NCBI GenBank assembly: GCA_038211455.1
Contig: JBBQVP010000003.1
Location: forward strand, 157-64,156
Origin: Burkholderiales bacterium
GTDB lineage: Bacteria > Pseudomonadota > Gammaproteobacteria > Burkholderiales > SG8-39
Length of the DNA: 64,000 nucleotides
Direction of reading: 5' to 3'
The translations under genes and the position numbers were made by a program. How positions within the stretch are numbered: position 1 is the stretch's first letter; each line of letters starts with the position of its first letter. Under the pieces are notes generated by a model that had not been told where the DNA came from, did no database searches, and worked only from the letters and a program-made list of their open reading frames with translations. Shown piece by piece: positions 1-7,853 of the stretch.

Positions 1-3000
1 ACGACGGGCGCGGTGACAGTGCTGACGCTGGCGGAGACGACGGACGACACGGATTCGATCTTCGGGGTGACGGGCGCGGCTGACATCATCGTCACGGGCG
101 GCGGCACGACACGCAACATCGTCATCGCGGGCCTCGGGGCAGACCATGTGAACGATCCTGGGATCACGCCGACCGATGTGCCAAGTGACGGCGATGACAT
201 CGTGCTGGGCGACAACGGCTACGTCACCTGGGACACCGCGGGTGTGCTGACCGCGTTTGCTTCGACCCAGCTCGCGCAGGGCGGCGACGATATCGTCTAC
301 GTCGGCAATGGCGATAACATTGTGGTGGGTAGTGTCGGCTCCGACGTGATCGTCGCGGGCTCGGGGCGTGATGTACTGATCGGTGACAACGGCCATGTGA
401 CCTACTGGGCGGGCTCTCTGCAGGCGAAGAAGGCGGAAACGACCGACACGGTCAACCAGCCGGGCTGGAACGACGTGATTGTCACCGGGGACGGCGTGAA
501 CATCGTGTTGGCGGGCATGGGCTCTGACCATGTAAACAATCCGCTCGTGTCCACAGGGGCCGTGCCCGGCAGCGACGACGATTTCGTCATGGGTGACAAC
601 GGCGAGTTCAACTGGGACAGCGCCGGACGTCTGGAACTCTTCAAGAGTACTGAACCGGGTTCCGGTGGTGACGACGTGCTCTGGGTGGGAGATGGGCAAA
701 ACTACGTGGTCGGCGGTTTCGGCGCCGATGTGATCAAAGCGGGTGTCGACAACGACGTGCTCTTGGGCGATAACGGCGAAGTCAGCTACACGGCAGGTAC
801 GACACTGGTTCTGCAGGCGAAGACCACCGACGCGACGCTGGGTGGGAACGATGAGATCGATGCTGGTCAGGGCGATAACCTTGTTCTCGCGGGCAAGGGT
901 GCGGACACGGTTGACGCCGGTACCGGCGCAGATCTGGTGATCGGGGACAACGGCCAGATCGACTGGACTTCGGCCGGCATCCTTTACCAGCTGGAGACGA
1001 CCGACACCCTGGCCACGACGGGTGGGAACGACATCCTCCGGGTCGGTGACGGCGACAACTTCGTGATGGGTGGGATGGGGGCGGACTTCATCGTCACGGG
1101 CCTTGGCACCGACACCATCCTGGGCGATAACGGAATCGCGCAGAAGGATGCGGTTGGCCTTGAGTTCGCGCTGGTAGCGACGAAGTCGCAGCCAAGCGCA
1201 GGCGGCGGGGTGGTGGACCTGGGTGGTAACGACCACATCGAGACGGGTGACGGGGACAAGCGGATCCTGGGTGGTGATGGGGCGGACTTCATCCTTGCGG
1301 GCAACGGCAACCATCTGGTGATGGGCGACAACGGCACGATCAGCTACGTGGGGATCGGTCTGACGGGTGCGGGGCTGCCGGAGATCTTCGAGACGACGGA
1401 CACGTTGGCGGCGACGGGTGGCGACGACCGGATCACTCTGGGTAATGCCACGGGCGAGAGCTTCGTGCTGGGTGGTATGGGCGCGGACACGATCCTGACG
1501 GGTTCGGGCACGCACACGATCCTGGGTGACAACGGGATTGCGCAGAAGGACATTGAGGGCAACAACTTCGCGCTGGTGCGCACGAAGTCGCAGCCAAGCG
1601 CAGGCGGCGGGGTGGTGGACCTGGGTGGTAACGACCACATCGAGACGGGTGACGGGGACAAGCGGATCCTGGGCGGTGATGGGGCGGACTTCATCCTTGC
1701 GGGCAATGGCAACCACGTGGTGTTCGGTGACAATGGCCAAGTGACCTATGTGGCGTTGGGCCTTCCAGGAGCCGGTCTGGAGAGACTTTACGAAACCACT
1801 GACACCATTACCGTCACGGGCGGAAATGATGCGATAACGCTGGGAGACGGGAATGGCGTTGTCATCGGCGGGATGGCCGCGGATACGATCACGACCGGGA
1901 CTGGTGGCGAAACGATCCTGGGCGACAACGGACGTATTGAAAGGGACGCCACCGGTGCCGTGTTTGTACGGATCGAAACGACGGTAATCGATCAGGGTGG
2001 TGGCGACGCAATCCTGACCAGAGACGGCAACAAGATTGTTCTTGCGGGTTATGGCAACGACTCCGTTGTGACCGGCACTGGCGACGACATCGTGTTCGGC
2101 GACAACGGTGAAATCGATTTCACCAACGGGATCATCACCAGACTTGCCACCACCGATGTCATCGCGTCGACGGGCGGCGACGACAACATCAATGCGGACG
2201 ATGGCACGAATATTGTCTTCGCCGGGGTAGGCAACGATGCCGTACGGACCGGTGCAGGGGCTGACATCATTGTTGGCGATAACGGCACGATCACCAACGA
2301 TCCGAACGGCATCATCCTGCAAGTCATATCCGGTGATCCTCTGCTCGGCGGCAATGATGCCGTGTCGACGGGCGACGGAAGCAACATTGTCATCGGTGGC
2401 GTTGGAAACGACGCCGTCTTTGGTGGCGCCGGGACGGATCTACTGTTCGGAGACGCCGGCCGTATTGACTTTGTCAACGGGGTCGTGAGCTATATTCTCC
2501 CGATTGACGTCATGCTGGGTGGCGACGACATCCTGGACGGCGCGGGCGGACGCGACATTCTGATCGGCGGTATTGGGTTCGACCAGTTGGGCGGTAATCT
2601 GACCGATGACCTGCTGTTTGGCAGTGTCGCTGCAATCACGCTTTCGGGCGGGACCGTCGCGACCCTGGAAAGCGAATGGCCGGATCTGGAAACCTATACG
2701 CTGTACTCGGCCTTCGATGTTCGCGATGGTGATCGAGGTATCGGCAACCAGCCGTTGACCAGGAAAATCGACCTGCTAGTACCGCGCAAGGGTGCGAGCG
2801 AAGCGCCAGGCAGTGAAATCGGACTATCCACACCGTTGCTCGAAGCGACGGTATTCCAGAAGCTTTTCAATTCGCAGGTCGTGCATCAGCCGTCGTCGCC
2901 CTCGCGGAGCGTGCTCACCGAGGCGGAAGCAGATTCGGTGGCGGGCGGGCAAGGTCTTGGTAACCGAGGTCTGAACGAACCCGGACCGAACGATCAGGGT

Positions 3001-3594
3001 TCGAACGAGCAGCGTTCCAATGAACAAGAGCCCAATGGGCAGAATCCAGGTGCGACAGATCCGAACGGTCAGCTACGGCAAATTCCATCCGGAACGGAAG
3101 AACTGCCCGGACGGTTCCAGGGGCAAGGCGCGGAGCCAGCAGCGGATTCAACTGACGGTCTGGCAGCAGGAGCAGTGAATGTCGGGGGGCTGGTGCTGGA
3201 GGACGGGACAGCCGTAGGTGTACTTGCGGCGGGAGTCGCCGGGGCAATTGGCGTAGAGAGTGTTCTAGGGCGCTCTGCTGCTCCCGGTGGCTATACCGCT
3301 GCTTCAACTGCCAGGCTCTATGATCCAAAGACGGGAAAGATGTCCGCCCGTCCGGAAGTCGGGTCGAAGACGCGTTCAGGGATCCTCGACCGCGATGCCA
3401 TGGCTGGTGGGCGCGAAGGAAAGCCGGCGAGCTTGACGCGGCGTGCGCTCGACGCCATTACGCGCAGGTGGTTCGGGTCGGTTGCAGTTGAGCAGGGCAT
3501 GGCGGTTCACAAGCCGCAGTTGGAGGCCTCAACGCTAGATACGCAGACGGCGCAGAAGCCTCATGAAACCCGGAAGACCCGCATCGAGTGGTAG
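1..3594 (+). CDS. Giant Ca2+-binding beta-roll / RTX-like repeat protein, 5' end outside the window
   Basis: Frame 1 is open from nt 1 (track ORF 13..3594). Units of about 65 aa rich in GxGxD / GDNG motifs are repeated more than 12 times. Canonical RTX nonapeptides GGDDILDGA-GGRDILIGG-IGFDQLGGN lie at about nt 2518-2625. The non-repeat C-terminal ~320 aa has a Q/N/E/P-rich tract, a Gly/Ala hydrophobic stretch and a basic tail. Confidence 0.8.
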   Translation, partial: TTGAVTVLTLAETTDDTDSIFGVTGAADIIVTGGGTTRNIVIAGLGADHVNDPGITPTDVPSDGDDIVLGDNGYVTWDTAGVLTAFASTQLAQGGDDIVYVGNGDNIVVGSVGSDVIVAGSGRDVLIGDNGHVTYWAGSLQAKKAETTDTVNQPGWNDVIVTGDGVNIVLAGMGSDHVNNPLVSTGAVPGSDDDFVMGDNGEFNWDSAGRLELFKSTEPGSGGDDVLWVGDGQNYVVGGFGADVIKAGVDNDVLLGDNGEVSYTAGTTLVLQAKTTDATLGGNDEIDAGQGDNLVLAGKGADTVDAGTGADLVIGDNGQIDWTSAGILYQLETTDTLATTGGNDILRVGDGDNFVMGGMGADFIVTGLGTDTILGDNGIAQKDAVGLEFALVATKSQPSAGGGVVDLGGNDHIETGDGDKRILGGDGADFILAGNGNHLVMGDNGTISYVGIGLTGAGLPEIFETTDTLAATGGDDRITLGNATGESFVLGGMGADTILTGSGTHTILGDNGIAQKDIEGNNFALVRTKSQPSAGGGVVDLGGNDHIETGDGDKRILGGDGADFILAGNGNHVVFGDNGQVTYVALGLPGAGLERLYETTDTITVTGGNDAITLGDGNGVVIGGMAADTITTGTGGETILGDNGRIERDATGAVFVRIETTVIDQGGGDAILTRDGNKIVLAGYGNDSVVTGTGDDIVFGDNGEIDFTNGIITRLATTDVIASTGGDDNINADDGTNIVFAGVGNDAVRTGAGADIIVGDNGTITNDPNGIILQVISGDPLLGGNDAVSTGDGSNIVIGGVGNDAVFGGAGTDLLFGDAGRIDFVNGVVSYILPIDVMLGGDDILDGAGGRDILIGGIGFDQLGGNLTDDLLFGSVAAITLSGGTVATLESEWPDLETYTLYSAFDVRDGDRGIGNQPLTRKIDLLVPRKGASEAPGSEIGLSTPLLEATVFQKLFNSQVVHQPSSPSRSVLTEAEADSVAGGQGLGNRGLNEPGPNDQGSNEQRSNEQEPNGQNPGATDPNGQLRQIPSGTEELPGRFQGQGAEPAADSTDGLAAGAVNVGGLVLEDGTAVGVLAAGVAGAIGVESVLGRSAAPGGYTAASTARLYDPKTGKMSARPEVGSKTRSGILDRDAMAGGREGKPASLTRRALDAITRRWFGSVAVEQGMAVHKPQLEASTLDTQTAQKPHETRKTRIEW
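1117..1914 (+). repeat. Intragenic tandem duplication (two ~400-nt / 134-aa units) inside the RTX-like gene
   Basis: Unit 1 starts at ATCCTGGGCGATAACGG (1117) and unit 2 at 1519 (offset 402 nt). By my hand alignment the core 1180-1314 matches 1582-1716 with only two mismatches (1272 T/C, 1305 C/T). The flanks are much more diverged. Confidence 0.85.
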
Positions 3595-3787
3595 TCGATA
3601 TCGCTCCGCGGTAGCGGAATCCGAGCGGACGCAAGGCCCCGACTTATTCCCTGCGCGTGATCCTCGCGTCTGGCGCGCAATTGAGCATGGTCCGCTTTTG
3701 CGGGACGAGCGCATACAAAGGGTGATGCAACGTCACGCCGTGTAGAAGCGGGATTCCCGACCATCGAATTAAAGAAAAAACTTATAA

Positions 3788-5662
3788 TTGCCCGTTGTGA
3801 AAATCCTCTCCAGTTCCGAAAATGCAGGCATAGAGGAACTAGTTCCCGTCTGGGGACATCTTGCCAGTGCGACGACGCGAAGCGAGTTCTTTAAATCGTG
3901 GCTGCAGCTCCAATGCGAAGCCATTTCGGGAACGATCAGCGGCGTTGCTGTCATAGGCACCGCGGATACCGGTCCGTTTGCTCCAGTCGCATTCTGGCCG
4001 AGCCAGCAGGGCGGCGCACCGCGGCTTGCAGAGGTTGCAGAAAAGGCACTCGCTGAACGGCAGGCCGTGTTGAGCGCGTTGATGCCGCAAGAGAGCCCAA
4101 ATACGCATGTAGACCGATCGCACGGGCTGGCGTTCCCCATCGAATTCGATCACCAGTTGTACGGCGTGGTTGCCGTAGAGGTATCCGATCGACCAGACAG
4201 TGAATTGCAGTGGGCGCTACAAAGACTGCAATGGGGTAGCGCGTGGGTAGAAGCCTATCTGAGGGGCGAGCAGCAGAGGGAAAGTGATGCTACCCAAGAG
4301 CGCCTCATCACCGCATTGGACATGGTCGCCTCCGTGGTGGAGGAAACCCGCTTCGATCCGGCGTGTCGCAGTCTCGTAACGGAGCTCGCGATCAAACTGC
4401 AATGTGACCGCGTCAGCCTTGGAATCGTGCGTCGAGGCCATACCGAAGTGGTCGCGCTGTCGCATAGTGCACAGTTCGGAAAGCGCATGAACCTCATCCA
4501 TGCAGTCGGAGCGGCAATGGATGAGGCGATAGACCAGAAAGCCGTGGTTAGGTATCCAGCGGACGGCGACGACGAGATGGTCGTTATCAGAGACCATGAG
4601 CAGTTGGCGACCATGAATGGAATTGCAGCGGTATTAACGGTGCCCATGGTCGGTCGGGAAGGATTTGCGGGTGCTTTGACTTTCGAGCGTCCTGCCGGCA
4701 TACCGTTTCTCGATTCCGATGTGGAACTCTGCCAGTCTGTCGGCGCTGTGGTTGCGCGGATCCTGGAGATTCAGGAGATCAACGAGCGCTCGCTGTTCCG
4801 GAGGTTTCTGGATTCGGGCAAGACCGAGCTGGAAAAATTGATCGGCCCCCGTCATATCAAGAGAAAGCTGGTCATGGCAGTTTCAGTGTTTCTGGTGGGA
4901 TTCTTTTCCATTGCCACACAGGACTACCGCGTAACCGCCAATGCAACGCTTGAGGGGGCGGTCAGGCGGACCCTGGCGGCGCCGTTCGACGGCTATATTC
5001 TGAGCGCCAAGGCACGGGCTGGGGACGTTGCGACCGAGGGCGCCGTTCTCGCCACGCTCGACGATCAGGACTTGCTGCTGGAACGATTGAAATGGGCAAC
5101 CCAATACGCGCAGTACCTGAAGCAGCATCGGGAGGCTGTGGCAAACCACGACCGCGCCAAAGCGCAAATTGCGGAGGCCCTGTACGAACAGGCACGCGCG
5201 CAGGTCAACCTTCTGGACGAGCAGCTGTCGCGTGCGGCCATCAAGGCGCCGTTCGATGGGGTGATCGTCAAAGGGGATTTGTCGCAAGCACTGGGATCTG
5301 CGGTAAAGCGCGGAGACGTCCTGTTTGAAGTCACGCCTCTGCAGTCGTACCGGGTCATCCTCGAGGTGGATGAAGGCGAAATAGTGGACGTAGCGACTGG
5401 GAGGAAGGGCGCTTTGGTGCTGGGTTCGATTACCGACGCCACGTTTCCATTCACCATAAGGAACGTTACACCGGTCACTAACGCACGTGAAGGGCGGAAC
5501 TATTTCCGGGTGGAGGCTATCCTTGAAGGCGCAACGCAACGCTTGCGTCCAGGCATGGAAGGGGTTGGAAAAATTGAGGTAGAACCCAGAAAGGTGATCT
5601 GGATCTGGACGCACAAACTGGTGAACTGGGCCAGGCTGTTCCTGTGGACTTACCTGCCATGA
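3788..5662 (+). CDS. Tandem-GAF domain protein fused to a HlyD-family membrane-fusion (periplasmic adaptor) domain
   Basis: The N-terminal ~330 aa show two GAF-like patterns (e.g. ...VLTVPMVGREGFAGALTFER...). One TM helix (LVMAVSVFLVGFFSIA). Then a HlyD-type lipoyl/coiled-coil/beta-barrel region (APFDGYILSA...IKAPFDGVIVKGD...). The start is uncertain: TTG 3788 or GTG 3797, with no clear SD. Confidence 0.8.
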   Translation: MPVVKILSSSENAGIEELVPVWGHLASATTRSEFFKSWLQLQCEAISGTISGVAVIGTADTGPFAPVAFWPSQQGGAPRLAEVAEKALAERQAVLSALMPQESPNTHVDRSHGLAFPIEFDHQLYGVVAVEVSDRPDSELQWALQRLQWGSAWVEAYLRGEQQRESDATQERLITALDMVASVVEETRFDPACRSLVTELAIKLQCDRVSLGIVRRGHTEVVALSHSAQFGKRMNLIHAVGAAMDEAIDQKAVVRYPADGDDEMVVIRDHEQLATMNGIAAVLTVPMVGREGFAGALTFERPAGIPFLDSDVELCQSVGAVVARILEIQEINERSLFRRFLDSGKTELEKLIGPRHIKRKLVMAVSVFLVGFFSIATQDYRVTANATLEGAVRRTLAAPFDGYILSAKARAGDVATEGAVLATLDDQDLLLERLKWATQYAQYLKQHREAVANHDRAKAQIAEALYEQARAQVNLLDEQLSRAAIKAPFDGVIVKGDLSQALGSAVKRGDVLFEVTPLQSYRVILEVDEGEIVDVATGRKGALVLGSITDATFPFTIRNVTPVTNAREGRNYFRVEAILEGATQRLRPGMEGVGKIEVEPRKVIWIWTHKLVNWARLFLWTYLP

Positions 5663-5693
5663 AACGCCCGGATTCCCTCCTTCCGGACTGAAC

Positions 5694-7853
5694 GTGGAAT
5701 CCCTGTTCAGTTCCTCCTGGTACCGGGTTGCGAGCGTCGTTCCACGCCTGCGCGGCCACGCTGCCATCCACAGGCACGTCTACCGGGGGAAAGTCTGGTA
5801 CGTGCTTCAGGATCGTGCCACGGGTCGGTATCACCGTTTTTCGCCGATAGCTAACATGGTGATCGGGTTGATGAACGGCAAAAGATCCGTTCGCGAAATC
5901 TGGAATGTTGCCTGCACCCGCCTGGGCGACAACGCGCCGACACAGGACGAGGTTATCAATCTGCTTGCGGCCCTGCACAGGGCCGACGTGCTGCAGACCG
6001 ACGCATCGCCCGATATCCAGGAGCTGCAGGAAAGAAAGATTCTGCAGGAACGCATGAAACTCAAGCAGTACATCCAGAGTCCGCTGTCGCTGCGTATTCC
6101 ATTGCTCGATCCGGACCGGATTCTTCTTTGGATGAGCCCGCTGACGAATCGCCTGTTTGGATTGGGGGGCGCCATCCTCTGGCTGCTTGTAGTCGGATGG
6201 GGAGTTGTCCTGGCTGCTTCAAACTGGACCGAACTGACCAAGGACATGGGTGATCGGATCTGGTCTGCGCAGAATCTTGTCCTGATGGGCTTGGTGTTTC
6301 CGATTGCCAAGATAATCCATGAATTCGGACACGCTGCGGCAGTCAAAGCGCGCGGTGGAGAAGTGCACGAAATGGGCGTGATGCTCCTCGTGCTGATGCC
6401 AATCCCTTACGTGGATGCGTCGGCATCGCTTGCGCTGCGGGAGAAGCGAGACCGAATGCTGGTTGGGGCCGCCGGCATGCTGGTTGAATTGTTCGTGGCG
6501 GCGCTTGCGCTGTTCGTATGGATCAACGTCGAGCCCGGCCTGGTGCGCGCTGTCGCCTACAACGTAATGATTGTGGCGGGCATATCGACGCTTATATTCA
6601 ATGCGAATCCACTGCTTCGCTTTGACGGCTATTACATACTCGCCGATTACCTGGAAATACCGAACCTGGGCCAGCGTTCGAACGAGTATCTCGGCTATCT
6701 AATAAATCGTCACGTTTTCGGAGTCAAGACGGCCGTTTCGAAAGAGTCCACACCGGGGGAGCGTCGCTGGTTCGTCTTCTATGCCATCGCGTCGTTCATC
6801 TATCGGATGTTCGTAATGATCTCCATCGCGCTTGTTGTCGCGCAACGCTACTTCGTGATCGGTGTTCTGTTCGCCGTCTGGTCGTTGTACTCATCGCTGG
6901 TGGTCCCGCTCGGCAAGAAGCTTGCCTACCTGTTCTCGTCCTCGGAACTCCATGGCCGCAGAGTCCGTGCGCTCACGGTAACCGGCTTCACAGTTGCAAT
7001 CCTCGCGATTGCCATCGGCTGGCTTCCCGCGCCATCCTGGACCCGCTCGGAGGGGGTTGCCATCGCGCCGATCAACACGCACGTAAGAGCGACGGTAGAT
7101 GGTTTCATTACGAAGGTCGTCGCGTCGCCCAATCAACTGGTCAGGCGCGGGGATCCGTTGATTTTCACCGAAGACCCCGAATTGAAAGCGCGTGTGCAGT
7201 CACTCGAGGCGCAACTGCTTGAGCAGCAGGCGCGCTATGCGGCGGCACGCGAAGATCGAGTGCAACTAAACATAATCGCGGAGGAAATCCTGCAGGTCTC
7301 AGAGCGGCTGACTAACGCGCGTCAGCGACTCCGTGACCTTGTAATACGCAGCCCGAGCGACGGTTACTTTGTCATGCCGCAGGCGGATGACGCGCCTGGA
7401 AAGTTTGTGCATCGAGGTGAATTGCTGGGCTATGCCCTCGACTTCACCAAGGTGACCGTGCAGGTGGTCGTTCCGCAGAGCGATATAGACATCGTTCGCG
7501 AGATGACGCGTCGTGTGCAACTTCGGCTCGTAGAGCGCGTTGCGGAGGTATTGCCAGGCACAGTTCTCCGGGTCGTGCCGGCGGCGACCGATCAGCTGCC
7601 CAACATGGCGCTGAGCGCACAAGGTGGAGGCGAGGTACCGCTTGATCCGTCTGCGCCGGCCGATCCGGCTCGCAAGGGGGAATCCAAGGCGGCGACGACA
7701 ATGTTTATTTTTGAACTGGAAATCGAGAATAGGGACAGAATCAGTGCACTTGGCAGCCGGATCTACGTTCGGTTCGAGCGAAGACCGGAACCCCTTGCGC
7801 ATCAGTGGTATCGGGCGGTCAGAGGCGTCCTGCTCAAGAAGTTCAATGTTTGA
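5694..7853 (+). CDS. Site-2 protease (peptidase M50) fused to a C-terminal HlyD-type adaptor domain; N-terminal PqqD/RRE-like segment
   Basis: HEFGH zinc motif (IIHEFGHAAAVKARGG) and the second S2P motif NANPLLRFDGYY. Multiple TM helices. The C-terminal ~280 aa have HlyD-like hairpin/barrel signatures (ATVDGFITKV...IRSPSDGYFVMP). GTG start at 5694, 31 nt after the upstream stop. Confidence 0.85.
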   Translation: MESLFSSSWYRVASVVPRLRGHAAIHRHVYRGKVWYVLQDRATGRYHRFSPIANMVIGLMNGKRSVREIWNVACTRLGDNAPTQDEVINLLAALHRADVLQTDASPDIQELQERKILQERMKLKQYIQSPLSLRIPLLDPDRILLWMSPLTNRLFGLGGAILWLLVVGWGVVLAASNWTELTKDMGDRIWSAQNLVLMGLVFPIAKIIHEFGHAAAVKARGGEVHEMGVMLLVLMPIPYVDASASLALREKRDRMLVGAAGMLVELFVAALALFVWINVEPGLVRAVAYNVMIVAGISTLIFNANPLLRFDGYYILADYLEIPNLGQRSNEYLGYLINRHVFGVKTAVSKESTPGERRWFVFYAIASFIYRMFVMISIALVVAQRYFVIGVLFAVWSLYSSLVVPLGKKLAYLFSSSELHGRRVRALTVTGFTVAILAIAIGWLPAPSWTRSEGVAIAPINTHVRATVDGFITKVVASPNQLVRRGDPLIFTEDPELKARVQSLEAQLLEQQARYAAAREDRVQLNIIAEEILQVSERLTNARQRLRDLVIRSPSDGYFVMPQADDAPGKFVHRGELLGYALDFTKVTVQVVVPQSDIDIVREMTRRVQLRLVERVAEVLPGTVLRVVPAATDQLPNMALSAQGGGEVPLDPSAPADPARKGESKAATTMFIFELEIENRDRISALGSRIYVRFERRPEPLAHQWYRAVRGVLLKKFNV

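Noticed and set aside
1-2640. Periodic DNA repeats that might be mistaken for a CRISPR array or satellite
   Set aside because: The periodicity is that of coding beta-roll units in a single long open frame. There are no short identical direct repeats separated by unique spacers.
3783-3788. Perfect TATAAT hexamer just upstream of the GAF-HlyD gene
   Set aside because: No acceptable -35 lies at 16-18 bp (ACCATC). The hexamer also overlaps the candidate TTG start, which would leave essentially no leader. I could not support it as a promoter.
7624-7845. 5' extension of the SecA-like ORF (the track start at 7624)
   Set aside because: It overlaps the last 230 nt of the M50-HlyD gene in another frame and translates to Arg-rich nonsense. 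ATG 7846 overlaps the upstream stop (ATGTTTGA), and the SecA similarity starts downstream of it.
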